The position numbers and the translations under genes are program-made. 17,691 bases of DNA from a virus: IMG/VR virus record IMGVR_UViG_3300045988_146347, positions 1 through 17,691 of that record. The stretch is one strand, 5' to 3'. The notes under the pieces are model-generated. The model was not told the origin of the DNA. It saw nothing but the letters and a program-made list of their open reading frames with translations, and did no database searches. This document shows positions 8,011 through 17,125 of this stretch, in pieces (positions within the stretch are counted from its first letter, which is position 1; each line of letters starts with the position of its first letter).

Positions 8011-8449
8011 CTTTTCCACCCTCTTTTTTTCCACGTATCACTTTTAATTTTTCACCTATTTCATCTGGAACAAGAACCCCCATTTCTGCACAGTTTTCAA
8101 TAATAGATAATCCCTCATTCGCAATATAGAAAAAGATTGTTACCATTAATAATCCATTATTTAAGTTTAAAATTTGATCGATAATATTTGCTAAAATAAT
8201 AATACAGAAAACAAGTATTTTACGACCGAATCCATACATTGATTTTCTACTCCATAAATTTCTATTTTTAAATGCCTTTGCTAAACCTGTAATAATATCA
8301 ACACACATTAATATCATTAAAAAATACAGTAATTTTATATCACCTGCATATATAAATGTGTGAAAAGCGTCAGTTTGTGTATATTGTACGTGTAATTCAC
8401 CTTTTTCCATTTTTTTAAACCTACTTTCTAAATTTATTTTTAAATACAT
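8000..8449 (-). CDS. Holin (Phage_holin_4_1-like: three hydrophobic segments, a YIANEGLSIIEN motif and a charged C-terminus)
   Basis: Three hydrophobic segments and the conserved NEGLSI(I/L)EN signature of Staphylococcus-type holins, followed by a highly charged C-terminal tail. A second in-frame start (MEKGEL, position 8410) suggests a possible dual-start holin/antiholin. Confidence 0.7.
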   Translation of the reverse strand: MYLKINLESRFKKMEKGELHVQYTQTDAFHTFIYAGDIKLLYFLMILMCVDIITGLAKAFKNRNLWSRKSMYGFGRKILVFCIIILANIIDQILNLNNGLLMVTIFFYIANEGLSIIENCAEMGVLVPDEIGEKLKVIRGKKEGGKDER

Positions 8450-10187
8450 TTTGTGCCATTGGATTGTTTGTTCCGTCGTTATGCCAAAATCTTACACCCG
8501 TTTCAAGTAATACTTTTAATTGTTCTAAAAGCATAGGGTCAATTCCGTCAATGGTATACGTACCTCTCATTCTTAAATAATTGCATACCGTCCATGAATC
8601 AATTGGGAATGGTGTGCCTGCTTGGTCATTCGTTTCAAAACCTAACATGAAATAATAACGTTTAATATTATCCATGTCGAAGGGCGCGGGTACACCAATT
8701 TTCATTGTTAATCCATTAATACTATTTGCGATTTGGAACGCATTTCCCATTTCTGAACTTGTTACTGTTGGTGGTTGTAATGCTAAATCCTTATATTCTG
8801 CTCGTAATTCTTTATAGTAATTATATTCATCATTAAATTTTGAAAATAATGCCGTTGGTGAAAGATTTGATCCAATGCTTACAGCGTCATAAAATCTTGA
8901 TTTTAAATCATTACCATTGACAACATTATTGATTCTATTTGAAATTAAATTACTTTGTGCATTTTTTTGTTTATTAGCTTGTTGAGATTGTGCCAGTAAT
9001 CCATTATCAATTAAAATAGGGACTTCGGCAAAACTATCAAACGTGATAGCTGTATTTAAAAATGAACCCGTATCAATCAATATTGAATTATCACTTGCTT
9101 TGATTGGTTTTTCATTAGGTGCACTGTTATAATCTACTGGATAAATACGTACCTCGTTATGATATCCAATAATAGATTTTGTTCTTAATTTAACCCCTGT
9201 TTTTTCTGTTATTTTTCCTGCGTCAAGTAATAAACTGTCACCATTCCATGAATAAATTTCAATGGTTAAATATTCATTTCTTACAAGATGTTTTAATTCA
9301 TCTTGATTACTATTTAACATATATTGCAATCGTTCAAATGGTACACGTAATTCTTTTAATTCCCACTCATTAGATAATTTATCATTTTTAAGTGTCATTA
9401 ATCCTTTTATATCTTCTTGTGTTTTGACTGCTTCTAAATCATCTTTATTAATAAATGTTGCAGGTATTAATATGATTTTTTGAAAGTTTTGTGTAATCCA
9501 TGGATATTTACTCATTTTATCCATAAAGTTATTAAAATCCTCACGATTCATGACATATAAATTAACTGGACTTGTAATGTAATCGTAAGTAATCCCTTTT
9601 GAAGATTCTAAGTTTGGTTCTTTTTTAGTACCAAATTTTTTAGATAAATCAGCACTTGATTGGAATAAAACAAGATTACCGCCAAACTGTTCAAGATAAT
9701 TATTAAGATAGTATTTGTTACTGGCTTTAATGACATCATCATTATTTCTTAGTGATGGTAACAAATAATTATAGACCTCACGTGGTAAATGTTGACGTTC
9801 AACAAATGCATTTTGAACAGTAGATAATACATTGCCCTGTGTGTAAGTCATGACTGTATCAATGACTAAATACATACGCGTCACATGATCATTGACATAT
9901 TCAATTTGATTGACAAACGCATAATAACGTCTATTTTCAAAATCAGATTTAAATGTACAATAATTGATACCCTGTGCGTCTTTCCATGACATTTGTTCAA
10001 GATTTACCATATTTCTATCACGTATAAAATTAAATGGTATATTTTTGTAATCAATAGCATAAAAGTGATTTTCATTTAAAAAATAATGATCACGTGCTGC
10101 ATTTGATGGAAAGTGAATTGTATTTTGATAATCTGTCAGTGGTGTATTATAGAAAAATTTAAAATGTGTTAATTTTCTATCTGCCAT
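8421..10187 (-). CDS. Tail knob / distal tail protein (phi29 gp9-like by size and position), 588 aa
   Basis: AAGGAGG RBS. A 588-aa protein in the tail module, comparable to the 599-aa phi29 gp9. No catalytic motifs recognised. Confidence 0.45.
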   Translation of the reverse strand: MADRKLTHFKFFYNTPLTDYQNTIHFPSNAARDHYFLNENHFYAIDYKNIPFNFIRDRNMVNLEQMSWKDAQGINYCTFKSDFENRRYYAFVNQIEYVNDHVTRMYLVIDTVMTYTQGNVLSTVQNAFVERQHLPREVYNYLLPSLRNNDDVIKASNKYYLNNYLEQFGGNLVLFQSSADLSKKFGTKKEPNLESSKGITYDYITSPVNLYVMNREDFNNFMDKMSKYPWITQNFQKIILIPATFINKDDLEAVKTQEDIKGLMTLKNDKLSNEWELKELRVPFERLQYMLNSNQDELKHLVRNEYLTIEIYSWNGDSLLLDAGKITEKTGVKLRTKSIIGYHNEVRIYPVDYNSAPNEKPIKASDNSILIDTGSFLNTAITFDSFAEVPILIDNGLLAQSQQANKQKNAQSNLISNRINNVVNGNDLKSRFYDAVSIGSNLSPTALFSKFNDEYNYYKELRAEYKDLALQPPTVTSSEMGNAFQIANSINGLTMKIGVPAPFDMDNIKRYYFMLGFETNDQAGTPFPIDSWTVCNYLRMRGTYTIDGIDPMLLEQLKVLLETGVRFWHNDGTNNPMAQNVFKNKFRK

Positions 10188-10206
10188 TGCTTATCCTCCT
10201 TATATG

Positions 10207-10236
10207 TAAAAAATAGACACGCTTTCACGTGTCTAT
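10207..10236 (-). terminator. Intra-operon rho-independent terminator on the - strand: stem cgtgtctat/atagacacg, loop tgaaag, then T6
   Basis: A perfect 9-bp stem with a T-run in the - strand direction, between the 265-aa gene and the 588-aa gene. An extended -10 (TGaTATAAT, - strand, complement of about 10234-10242) overlaps the 5' arm. Confidence 0.5.
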
Positions 10237-10247
10237 TATATCATAAT

Positions 10248-11045
10248 TTAGTCTATAAATACTGTATTAATTGGACACCATTCATCGCCCGTTGGTGAAT
10301 CATTTGTTGTACCCTCTAAGACAATATCTCCCTCACGTTTAATTGTGATTCTCATAAAGTTGATTGACCCACTTTTTTTAGATGTATTTTGTACATAATA
10401 ATGTGGATTTGACAACTCACCACTGATAGGAATTTTACCAACTGTGATATTGTCACCTTTATATCCATTGACTGCACCACGTAAAGCAACGGTTCTAATT
10501 CCTTTTACAGTTGTTATTCTATATTGTGGTGGATCAGTATGTGGTGTTAATCCACTACCAGTGATGTTAATATTTTTCCAACCTGTATCTTTAATATTAA
10601 TTTCATTGATTTTATTCGTATTAGATTGAATTTTTTCATTTGTTTCGTTTGTTGTTTCGTCAATCTTTTCTGATAACGTTTTTTGTTCTTGTTTCAATTC
10701 ATCGATATTAATTGAATCAATTTTTTGTTCATTATCATAGATACGTTTTTCATTATCTGATAGTTTTTCTTGAACTTCTTGTACTTCATCTGGTAAAAAT
10801 TCAACCTTTTTTATTTTTTCTTCATTATTATAAATACGTTGTTCGTTATCTGATAATTTTTCTTGTACTTCTTGAACTTCATCTTGTAATGGTTCGATAC
10901 TTTCTAAATGAAGAAAACCATTTTTTGTGTAAATGTAAACATCACCATCAATCGTTGATAATATATCATTTTCATCAACAAGATTTGTATTAAAATTTTC
11001 TAAGTGGTAAATATCTTTTACACTTCTTACAAATTTACTAGCCAT
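10248..11045 (-). CDS. Fiber-like structural protein of 265 aa (head fiber or minor tail fiber). It has an N-terminal domain, a tandemly duplicated 31-aa coiled-coil unit and a C-terminal globular domain.
   Basis: A GGAGG RBS immediately after the amidase stop (TAAATG). The internal repeat reads EVQEVQEKLSDNEQRIYNNEEKI… twice. It is charged and heptad-like. Confidence 0.45.
   Translation of the reverse strand: MASKFVRSVKDIYHLENFNTNLVDENDILSTIDGDVYIYTKNGFLHLESIEPLQDEVQEVQEKLSDNEQRIYNNEEKIKKVEFLPDEVQEVQEKLSDNEKRIYDNEQKIDSINIDELKQEQKTLSEKIDETTNETNEKIQSNTNKINEINIKDTGWKNINITGSGLTPHTDPPQYRITTVKGIRTVALRGAVNGYKGDNITVGKIPISGELSNPHYYVQNTSKKSGSINFMRITIKREGDIVLEGTTNDSPTGDEWCPINTVFID
10715..10905. repeat. 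Tandem direct duplication of a 93-bp unit (about 85% identical) inside the 265-aa gene
   Basis: Matching motifs recur at a +93 offset, for example atacgtt at 10741 and 10834, and ttatctga at 10753 and 10846. Confidence 0.75.
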
Positions 11046-11951
11046 TTAGTCAACCTCCAATTTTCCCCAAAGATTTTTTTCATTTTTAATTTTTTCTTGT
11101 TTATCTTCAATTTTACCTACTGGCATATAAAATCTTTCTTTACTAGCACCTTTTTGTTGGTAATAAAAACCTAACCACCAATAACCATCTTTTTTAATAA
11201 TTCTATCAAATTTAACATATTGATTAGGATATATCCAAGAATTTTTATCAACTTTTCTTTCATTTAAACCAGCTTTATATCTTACAACAATTGGTTTTTT
11301 ATTTGTTTTATATGTTGTAAATTTACCTGTCCAATGAAAGACAGTTTTTGGTTGTTTCTTTGATGATGTTGATTTACCGTTCATGTAACCAACAACTAAA
11401 TTATCAATGACTTTCATATCACGTCGACTATAACCACATGCAGATAAGATATTACCGGGATCTTGTTTATCTGCTTGAATATCTTGATGCCCGGGCATTT
11501 CGTTTTTAGGATTAATAGTCCATGATTCACATAATACTGCTGCTATACGACACGCATTATCTAATGACTTCATTGAACGTGCTTTATTTTTAAAGTAACA
11601 TGCTTCAATACCAAATGCACCATCATTTGCATCAACACCATACCAAGCATTATCAGTTGGCGTATCATACAATACATGCCATGCTTTCTCTGTTACTGGA
11701 ATACATATAATAGCTTCTTTATCATCAACAAATACGTGTGCTGATGCTACAGAATCCCAACCAATATTATAAGTATTTCTATAATAATTAACATTGTCCT
11801 GTGCTGTGGTATCTGGATTACCTGTGTCATGAAATACTGCAAAACGTGGTTTTCCTGTTGTAAGCTTTTGCCCTGTACGTCTTGTTCCAAAAGGTAAAAA
11901 GTCAGTATATACGGGAACACCGTTCCATGTACCTATTTTTTTCTTACTCAT
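11046..11951 (-). CDS. Endolysin: N-acetylmuramoyl-L-alanine amidase (Amidase_2/PGRP-like) with a C-terminal SH3b-like cell-wall-binding domain, 301 aa
   Basis: GGAGG RBS. Motifs FAVFHDTGNPDT and MPGHQDIQADKQDPG are typical of Zn-amidase_2 lysins. A C-terminal region of about 80 aa is rich in W, Y and K, as in SH3b-type domains. Confidence 0.7.
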   Translation of the reverse strand: MSKKKIGTWNGVPVYTDFLPFGTRRTGQKLTTGKPRFAVFHDTGNPDTTAQDNVNYYRNTYNIGWDSVASAHVFVDDKEAIICIPVTEKAWHVLYDTPTDNAWYGVDANDGAFGIEACYFKNKARSMKSLDNACRIAAVLCESWTINPKNEMPGHQDIQADKQDPGNILSACGYSRRDMKVIDNLVVGYMNGKSTSSKKQPKTVFHWTGKFTTYKTNKKPIVVRYKAGLNERKVDKNSWIYPNQYVKFDRIIKKDGYWWLGFYYQQKGASKERFYMPVGKIEDKQEKIKNEKNLWGKLEVD

Positions 11952-11970
11952 TAAATCGCCTCCATTTTAT

Positions 11971-11997
11971 TTAAAAAGGGTAGAATAATCTACCCTT
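11971..11997 (-). terminator. Intra-operon rho-independent terminator on the - strand after the 609-aa gene: stem aagggtaga/tctaccctt, loop of 4 nt, then T5
   Basis: A perfect 9-bp stem overlapping the stop codon of the 609-aa ORF and followed on the - strand by TTTTT, just before the amidase RBS. Confidence 0.5.
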
Positions 11998-13819
11998 GTA
12001 CAATGAACCCTTTACTTTGCATTGTATTTGGTTCAACATTTGTAGAATATTTATGATCTTTATCTGTAAATATCCTACTACCATTATACACGTTATAAAC
12101 CGTTTTGTTACTTGAAATATTTGAACCAAAGCAAGTTATTTCACCACCACGTGTTGCATAAACAGGTTCATTTTTAGTGCCTGAAATATTTGACGCTTCG
12201 GCAAACACTTTAGACGCATATGCCAAAATACCAAAATCGCCACTACCTGTGATTGTGATTCTATCTGCAAATATTTGTCCACCACGTGTTGCTTCAATAC
12301 CATTACGCCCTGCACGTTCAATGACTGCTTCATTAACAGAAATCACTGAACCATAAGCTAATACGTTATCATCTTTTGAACGTGATACTTTTGCACCATA
12401 TGCAGCAACATAACCACCACGTGTTGATTCTAAACCACGACGACCGTTTCCGTCACAATTAATCAATTGACAATAAACATCACCTGCATAGGCAAGTACA
12501 CCATTACGTTTATTTCCATTGGTTGTTGATAATCTTGCTTGTACCGTTGAACCATGTGTACATTGAATACCATCAAGTCCATTCTCATTAGCATTACCAT
12601 TTGTGAAATCAAGTTTTGAGTTGTTACTTGCTATCACACCATGCCATTTATTACGTGAAGCTGTTGCACCTGTAGCATCAATAGAACAACCCCTATTTGC
12701 CATAATACCACTAGCACCACAGCCATTAGCAATCCCTTTATCAAAGTTAATATTTGATGAACGTGTTGCAATGACACCGTACGTTGTTTGTGAATTGGAA
12801 CAATCTGAATATCTTAAATCAATATCACTTGACGCATAACTAACAACATTATCATCAATCGTATCAGTGATTTTGCAATTTCTTGCACTGGCTTGTGATC
12901 CTGTTGTTACCATTAAACCATGATGTCCGTTGAATCGTGCTTCCGTGTAATCAATGTAACCACTTGCACCATGTGAGAAATGAATTCCAATCTCACCACA
13001 TCTATTTACTGTCATATAGTTTCCTGTAAGTGATGAATTAAATATTCTTAATCCGTCACCGTACATATTTTGACTGTTATTATATTCTTCTAATTGTTCT
13101 CTATTTCCATTATAGGAAAAATCACAATAATTGGCTTGAATATGTGAACCATTGACACCACATAATCCTATAAAGTTAAAATGTGTAGAACCTCCACGTT
13201 CAGTCATTTCAAACGTTGTATTATCCATTAAAAAACCACAGTTAATACTATCTGAAAAATCTTTGTTTTGAAGTTTAAAATCAATTTTAGGGAATGTTGA
13301 ATTAATACCATAAAATAGTGGTTTTACTCTAAAAATTGGATTTGTTTTTATTTCAACTTGACGGTTTAATTCAGTTTCATAAGCTTCAACAATATCATTT
13401 TCTGATGTAATCGTAATATGATTATAACGTTTATCACGTAAGAATAATTGTTCACGCATCATGTAATCTTTAAGTAATATCACACGTATAGATTTTGGTT
13501 GTACAATTAAATCTTCAATATGTTCAAAACAATGATTCAATGTATCAAAATCACCTTTTTGTCCGACTGTATAAGTTACATCTGTATTTGATAATGTTAA
13601 TGCCTCGTATGTGTCTTTCATTTTTTGAATATCATCAGCTAAACCATTAACAAAATCACATAATTCAAAAATAAAACCATTGTAACGTGCTAAGTAATCA
13701 TAATACGACTTTGAATTTGTATTATAATCTGCATTATCTGTATAAAATGGCAAACGTGACAAACCACGTCTATACTCATATAAATTATTATAGTTAATTC
13801 GACCGTTTTTAATATACAT
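11990..13819 (-). CDS. Tail appendage / receptor-binding fiber (phi29 gp12-like, right-handed beta-helix), 609 aa
   Basis: AGGAGG RBS. The C-terminal two-thirds carry many degenerate repeats of about 22 aa rich in G/N/S/T with a recurring (A/S)TRGG, typical of parallel beta-helix tailspikes. It sits immediately after the collar genes, as gp12 does in phi29. Confidence 0.6.
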   Translation of the reverse strand: MYIKNGRINYNNLYEYRRGLSRLPFYTDNADYNTNSKSYYDYLARYNGFIFELCDFVNGLADDIQKMKDTYEALTLSNTDVTYTVGQKGDFDTLNHCFEHIEDLIVQPKSIRVILLKDYMMREQLFLRDKRYNHITITSENDIVEAYETELNRQVEIKTNPIFRVKPLFYGINSTFPKIDFKLQNKDFSDSINCGFLMDNTTFEMTERGGSTHFNFIGLCGVNGSHIQANYCDFSYNGNREQLEEYNNSQNMYGDGLRIFNSSLTGNYMTVNRCGEIGIHFSHGASGYIDYTEARFNGHHGLMVTTGSQASARNCKITDTIDDNVVSYASSDIDLRYSDCSNSQTTYGVIATRSSNINFDKGIANGCGASGIMANRGCSIDATGATASRNKWHGVIASNNSKLDFTNGNANENGLDGIQCTHGSTVQARLSTTNGNKRNGVLAYAGDVYCQLINCDGNGRRGLESTRGGYVAAYGAKVSRSKDDNVLAYGSVISVNEAVIERAGRNGIEATRGGQIFADRITITGSGDFGILAYASKVFAEASNISGTKNEPVYATRGGEITCFGSNISSNKTVYNVYNGSRIFTDKDHKYSTNVEPNTMQSKGFIVQG

Positions 13820-13830
13820 ATTTTATCCTC

Positions 13831-14682
13831 CTACCATATGTGCAAAAAACATTCTTTATCATATGTTTTAAATATTGTATCACGCATGGAATATAATTTT
13901 TGTAAGTTATCAATTAAGTACTGCTTTGTTAATCCTGTACGATTCATTTCATTTTGTGATTGTGTATTACGTTTTGTGTCACTTTCACCATTTCTTAATG
14001 AATCAAATGTATTATCTTTCGTACCCGTCTTTTCTGATACTGTTTCACTGGTTTTTTTATCTCTTGAAATGGTATTTGTATCTGCATAATCAAGCACTGT
14101 ATTATCTACATCAATATTAACTTTTGATTGTGGTAATGTAGATTCAGCAGTACGATTATCATCAAAACTTTTTGTGATTGTATCTTCATAATCTTTATAT
14201 TCTTCATGACCTTTATCTTGTTGTCTATCTTTCGTTTGTCCCTGTTCGATTGCGTTTTCTAATGCTTTTCCAATATCTGTTGACTGTGTATCTGTGACTT
14301 GTTCAATATATTTATACATATCTGAACCATAGACACGATATATATAATCTTCATGTGTCATTGTAATATATAAAACTTGACTTGCAAACGCTTCAACGGT
14401 TTGTCTGCCAATTTCTCTATATAAAAAACGCAATGTAAAACTTTCTTTAAAATATCGGTCAATACGTTCATCATTAAACATAAAACCTTTAAAAAATACC
14501 CTATCTACAATTTGTTTGACATCATCATCAAAATACAACATTTTTTGCATAAACACATATTCTGAATTATTAAAACTAATTCTATCATTATTTACAAATT
14601 CATTTAGTCCTAAATGCTGCAATTCACTTTCAATGATTTCATATAGCGTTGTTGTATATTTACTCACTCGAACCACCACCAA
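13831..14682 (-). CDS. Lower collar protein (phi29 gp11-like), 283 aa, with a TTG or GTG start
   Basis: Size and position downstream of the portal. It overlaps the portal gene by 23 nt. The ORF opens with a TTG at 14682, and a GTG at 14665-14667 follows a GGTGGTGG SD-like stretch. The exact start is uncertain. Confidence 0.5.
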   Translation of the reverse strand: MVVVRVSKYTTTLYEIIESELQHLGLNEFVNNDRISFNNSEYVFMQKMLYFDDDVKQIVDRVFFKGFMFNDERIDRYFKESFTLRFLYREIGRQTVEAFASQVLYITMTHEDYIYRVYGSDMYKYIEQVTDTQSTDIGKALENAIEQGQTKDRQQDKGHEEYKDYEDTITKSFDDNRTAESTLPQSKVNIDVDNTVLDYADTNTISRDKKTSETVSEKTGTKDNTFDSLRNGESDTKRNTQSQNEMNRTGLTKQYLIDNLQKLYSMRDTIFKTYDKECFLHIW

Positions 14683-15667
14683 AATTATCAGTTTTTAGGT
14701 TCATAATATCCATTTCAGAAATAGCTTCATCATCGTAATAGGCATGAATATCTAAATTGAATCGACGGTTCAACATTTCAAAAGGGTAGCGACCTCTTAA
14801 ATAAATATTACTATTTGATGTAGTAAATGAACGGTTTGATTTGGCTTCAGTGTCACTGACACCACTTTCTTTATCTACTGCAAGTGAATTGACACCTAAG
14901 AAATTTGATAACTCACTGACTTTGTTTTGATACTCTCTTTTCATCTCAACTAAAGCAGTAGTTACAAAATCACTACCCAAATCAATGATATCTTCAAGAG
15001 GATCAATATAATGATCTGTTTTAATAAAAGGTGCACCATTATACAATTTATTAATAAATTGGTTTATTGTTTCATCTTGAATATCAGATAAAAATATTTT
15101 ACTAAATTTAGATTGCATAATAAGTGAAAAACGACTTAATATAATTTCTGCTAACTCATCACAATAATGTTCTATAATTTTATAATCATTATTTATATTA
15201 ATAGGTTTATTGCGTAATACAATAAAATCACCACTTTGACAATTGTCATAGTATTCAATTTCTAACGCATATTCTGGTCTTAAATATTCTGGAATGATAA
15301 ATGTAATATCATCTTGAGTTAATCGTCTGTTAAAAGTTAAATTGAAGTTATTGATAAAATCGTTACCATTTTTATAATACATAGATTGAATATAACCTAA
15401 TATCATAATGACACCATTTCTAGCTTTACCAACCACAACTTGATACCCTTGTCTTAATGCAATCTCAAGTTGTAAAAAGTCAATACCAACACTTTTTTGA
15501 TTGGTGTAATTAATAAGTAGTGGTAAAAATTCAACGTAACGATTAAAAATTAACCGACGAAATCGGTTTCTATGTTCCATAATTCGTCGGTCAATATCTT
15601 CTGGCAATTCAACTTTTAAACCACCATTATTATTTTTTCCGATAAAATCATTATCTAAATAATTCAT
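14660..15667 (-). CDS. Upper collar / portal (connector) protein (phi29 gp10-like), 335 aa
   Basis: AAGGAGG RBS. It lies directly downstream of the capsid gene and is comparable in size to the 309-aa phi29 gp10. Confidence 0.6.
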   Translation of the reverse strand: MNYLDNDFIGKNNNGGLKVELPEDIDRRIMEHRNRFRRLIFNRYVEFLPLLINYTNQKSVGIDFLQLEIALRQGYQVVVGKARNGVIMILGYIQSMYYKNGNDFINNFNLTFNRRLTQDDITFIIPEYLRPEYALEIEYYDNCQSGDFIVLRNKPININNDYKIIEHYCDELAEIILSRFSLIMQSKFSKIFLSDIQDETINQFINKLYNGAPFIKTDHYIDPLEDIIDLGSDFVTTALVEMKREYQNKVSELSNFLGVNSLAVDKESGVSDTEAKSNRSFTTSNSNIYLRGRYPFEMLNRRFNLDIHAYYDDEAISEMDIMNLKTDNFGGGSSE

Positions 15668-15686
15668 GGTCTAAAAGCCTCCTTTA

Positions 15687-16907
15687 TTATTCTGTAGCTT
15701 CTGTTTCTTCTGGTTCTTCTTGTGGTTTTTCAGTAATTAAAATTTTATTGAAGAAAGGTGACATGGCTTTGAATGAATAATAATGAATCCAATGTGTCAC
15801 TTCATCAAATTCACCATTATAAAATGGTTCTTTTAGCATGCCTTTTGTATTACGTTTATATTTTAAACCATTAACATCAAAAATAAATGCAAATAATTCA
15901 CCATCTGGTTTAATTTCTTCTACTTTTCCACTAAACTCTTTTAAGTTTGTTACATCAAACGTAAACACTGAACCTGTTGGAATAACATCACCAATCATAG
16001 CTTGATAATCACCAAATGCACGTAAGTAATTGATTGTATCTTCATTTGCAAGTGTAATATCTTGTGTTGCTTTATACACACCACCTAAATCATCAAAACT
16101 AATAACATGATCTGTAAAATCAATGCCTGCCATTTGGAAAGTGTTAGCTATTTTCGTATCAAGTAAATATGATTTAAGTGAATCTGTAGTTAATATAGCA
16201 ATATCTTTTAATTTTGATACAGTTGTATATTGTCCTACAGCTCCACCACTTGCTTTATTTACTTCATTATATTTTGCACTGTTATTTTGCATATTTAAGA
16301 TTGCTTCAAATACACGTTCTGTTAAATCTTCTTTAGATGAAGCAGTACGACGATTTGAATCATTCAATTGATTAATTGCATAATCAACGATCATTGCACG
16401 TATTTCTTTTTCCTCTTGAACGTTAATATCTGATATTTTCTTGCGTAATACACCTAAAGCATAATTAGTTGCATCGCCTAGTTTTTGGAAATTAAAACGA
16501 ACATCATTATTATTAAGTGTAAATTTCTGTTTTTTAACTATTCCGGAACCATACAAACGTGTAGCCATTTGTGGATAGTTACGTTTTAACATTAATTCTT
16601 CAGATTTAGATAAATTCATTTCAATTGGAATTGTATCCATAATGACATATTCTTCAGAATATTGTCCAATAAAATCTTGTTCTTCAGCTAACCAATTGAA
16701 ACGATTTCCTAAAGCAATATCAATCAATAATGTTTCATTTATTTTTGGAAATAGGTATTTATTTACATATGTTTCAAACATTGTATTAACATTTGACCAA
16801 TTCTCACCAAAAGTCCATTGTTTACCATAATCATGGTTAAAATCTTGTAATGATGCTTTTGCTGAATCTGCAATTAAAGTTGGTATATCTTTCTTTTTTG
16901 TTGGCAT
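15687..16907 (-). CDS. Major capsid protein, 406 aa
   Basis: AAGGAGG RBS. It is the largest head-module ORF, lying between the scaffold and portal genes as in phi29 (gp7-gp8-gp10). Confidence 0.65.
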   Translation of the reverse strand: MPTKKKDIPTLIADSAKASLQDFNHDYGKQWTFGENWSNVNTMFETYVNKYLFPKINETLLIDIALGNRFNWLAEEQDFIGQYSEEYVIMDTIPIEMNLSKSEELMLKRNYPQMATRLYGSGIVKKQKFTLNNNDVRFNFQKLGDATNYALGVLRKKISDINVQEEKEIRAMIVDYAINQLNDSNRRTASSKEDLTERVFEAILNMQNNSAKYNEVNKASGGAVGQYTTVSKLKDIAILTTDSLKSYLLDTKIANTFQMAGIDFTDHVISFDDLGGVYKATQDITLANEDTINYLRAFGDYQAMIGDVIPTGSVFTFDVTNLKEFSGKVEEIKPDGELFAFIFDVNGLKYKRNTKGMLKEPFYNGEFDEVTHWIHYYSFKAMSPFFNKILITEKPQEEPEETEATE

Positions 16908-16921
16908 TATTTATTTCCTCC

Positions 16922-17113
16922 TTATACATCTTGTACTGAATCATCATTATATGATTGTTTTGTTAATGAATGAACTTGTCTACCATATTCATCTTCTGAT
17001 TTTGATGTTGCAATACTCATATTTTCGTTTAATTCTCTTGATTTGTTTAATCGTGAATCTTCATAATTAGCATGTGTCATACCACGCATTTCATTACCAG
17101 TAAATAAACCCAT
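16922..17113 (-). CDS. Small hypothetical protein of about 63 aa between the scaffold and capsid genes. The ATG at 17113 is preferred.
   Basis: The AAGGAGTG RBS serves the ATG at 17113. The GTG at 17122 is part of the SD. Confidence 0.45.
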   Translation of the reverse strand: MGLFTGNEMRGMTHANYEDSRLNKSRELNENMSIATSKSEDEYGRQVHSLTKQSYNDDSVQDV

Positions 17114-17125
17114 ATTTTTCACTCC

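Noticed and set aside
10444-10993. Two ORFs on the + strand (61 aa and 93 aa) inside the 265-aa fiber gene
   Set aside because: They are antisense to a gene with an RBS and translational junction. The 93-aa one is an artefact of the 93-bp tandem repeat, which keeps a frame open.
12136-14120. Several short ORFs (60-83 aa) inside or antisense to the appendage and lower-collar genes
   Set aside because: They have no RBS, overlap long supported genes, and have compositions typical of AT-rich random frames.
16123-16830. Two ORFs on the + strand (82 aa and 62 aa) inside the capsid gene
   Set aside because: They are antisense to the major capsid protein gene and have no translation signals.
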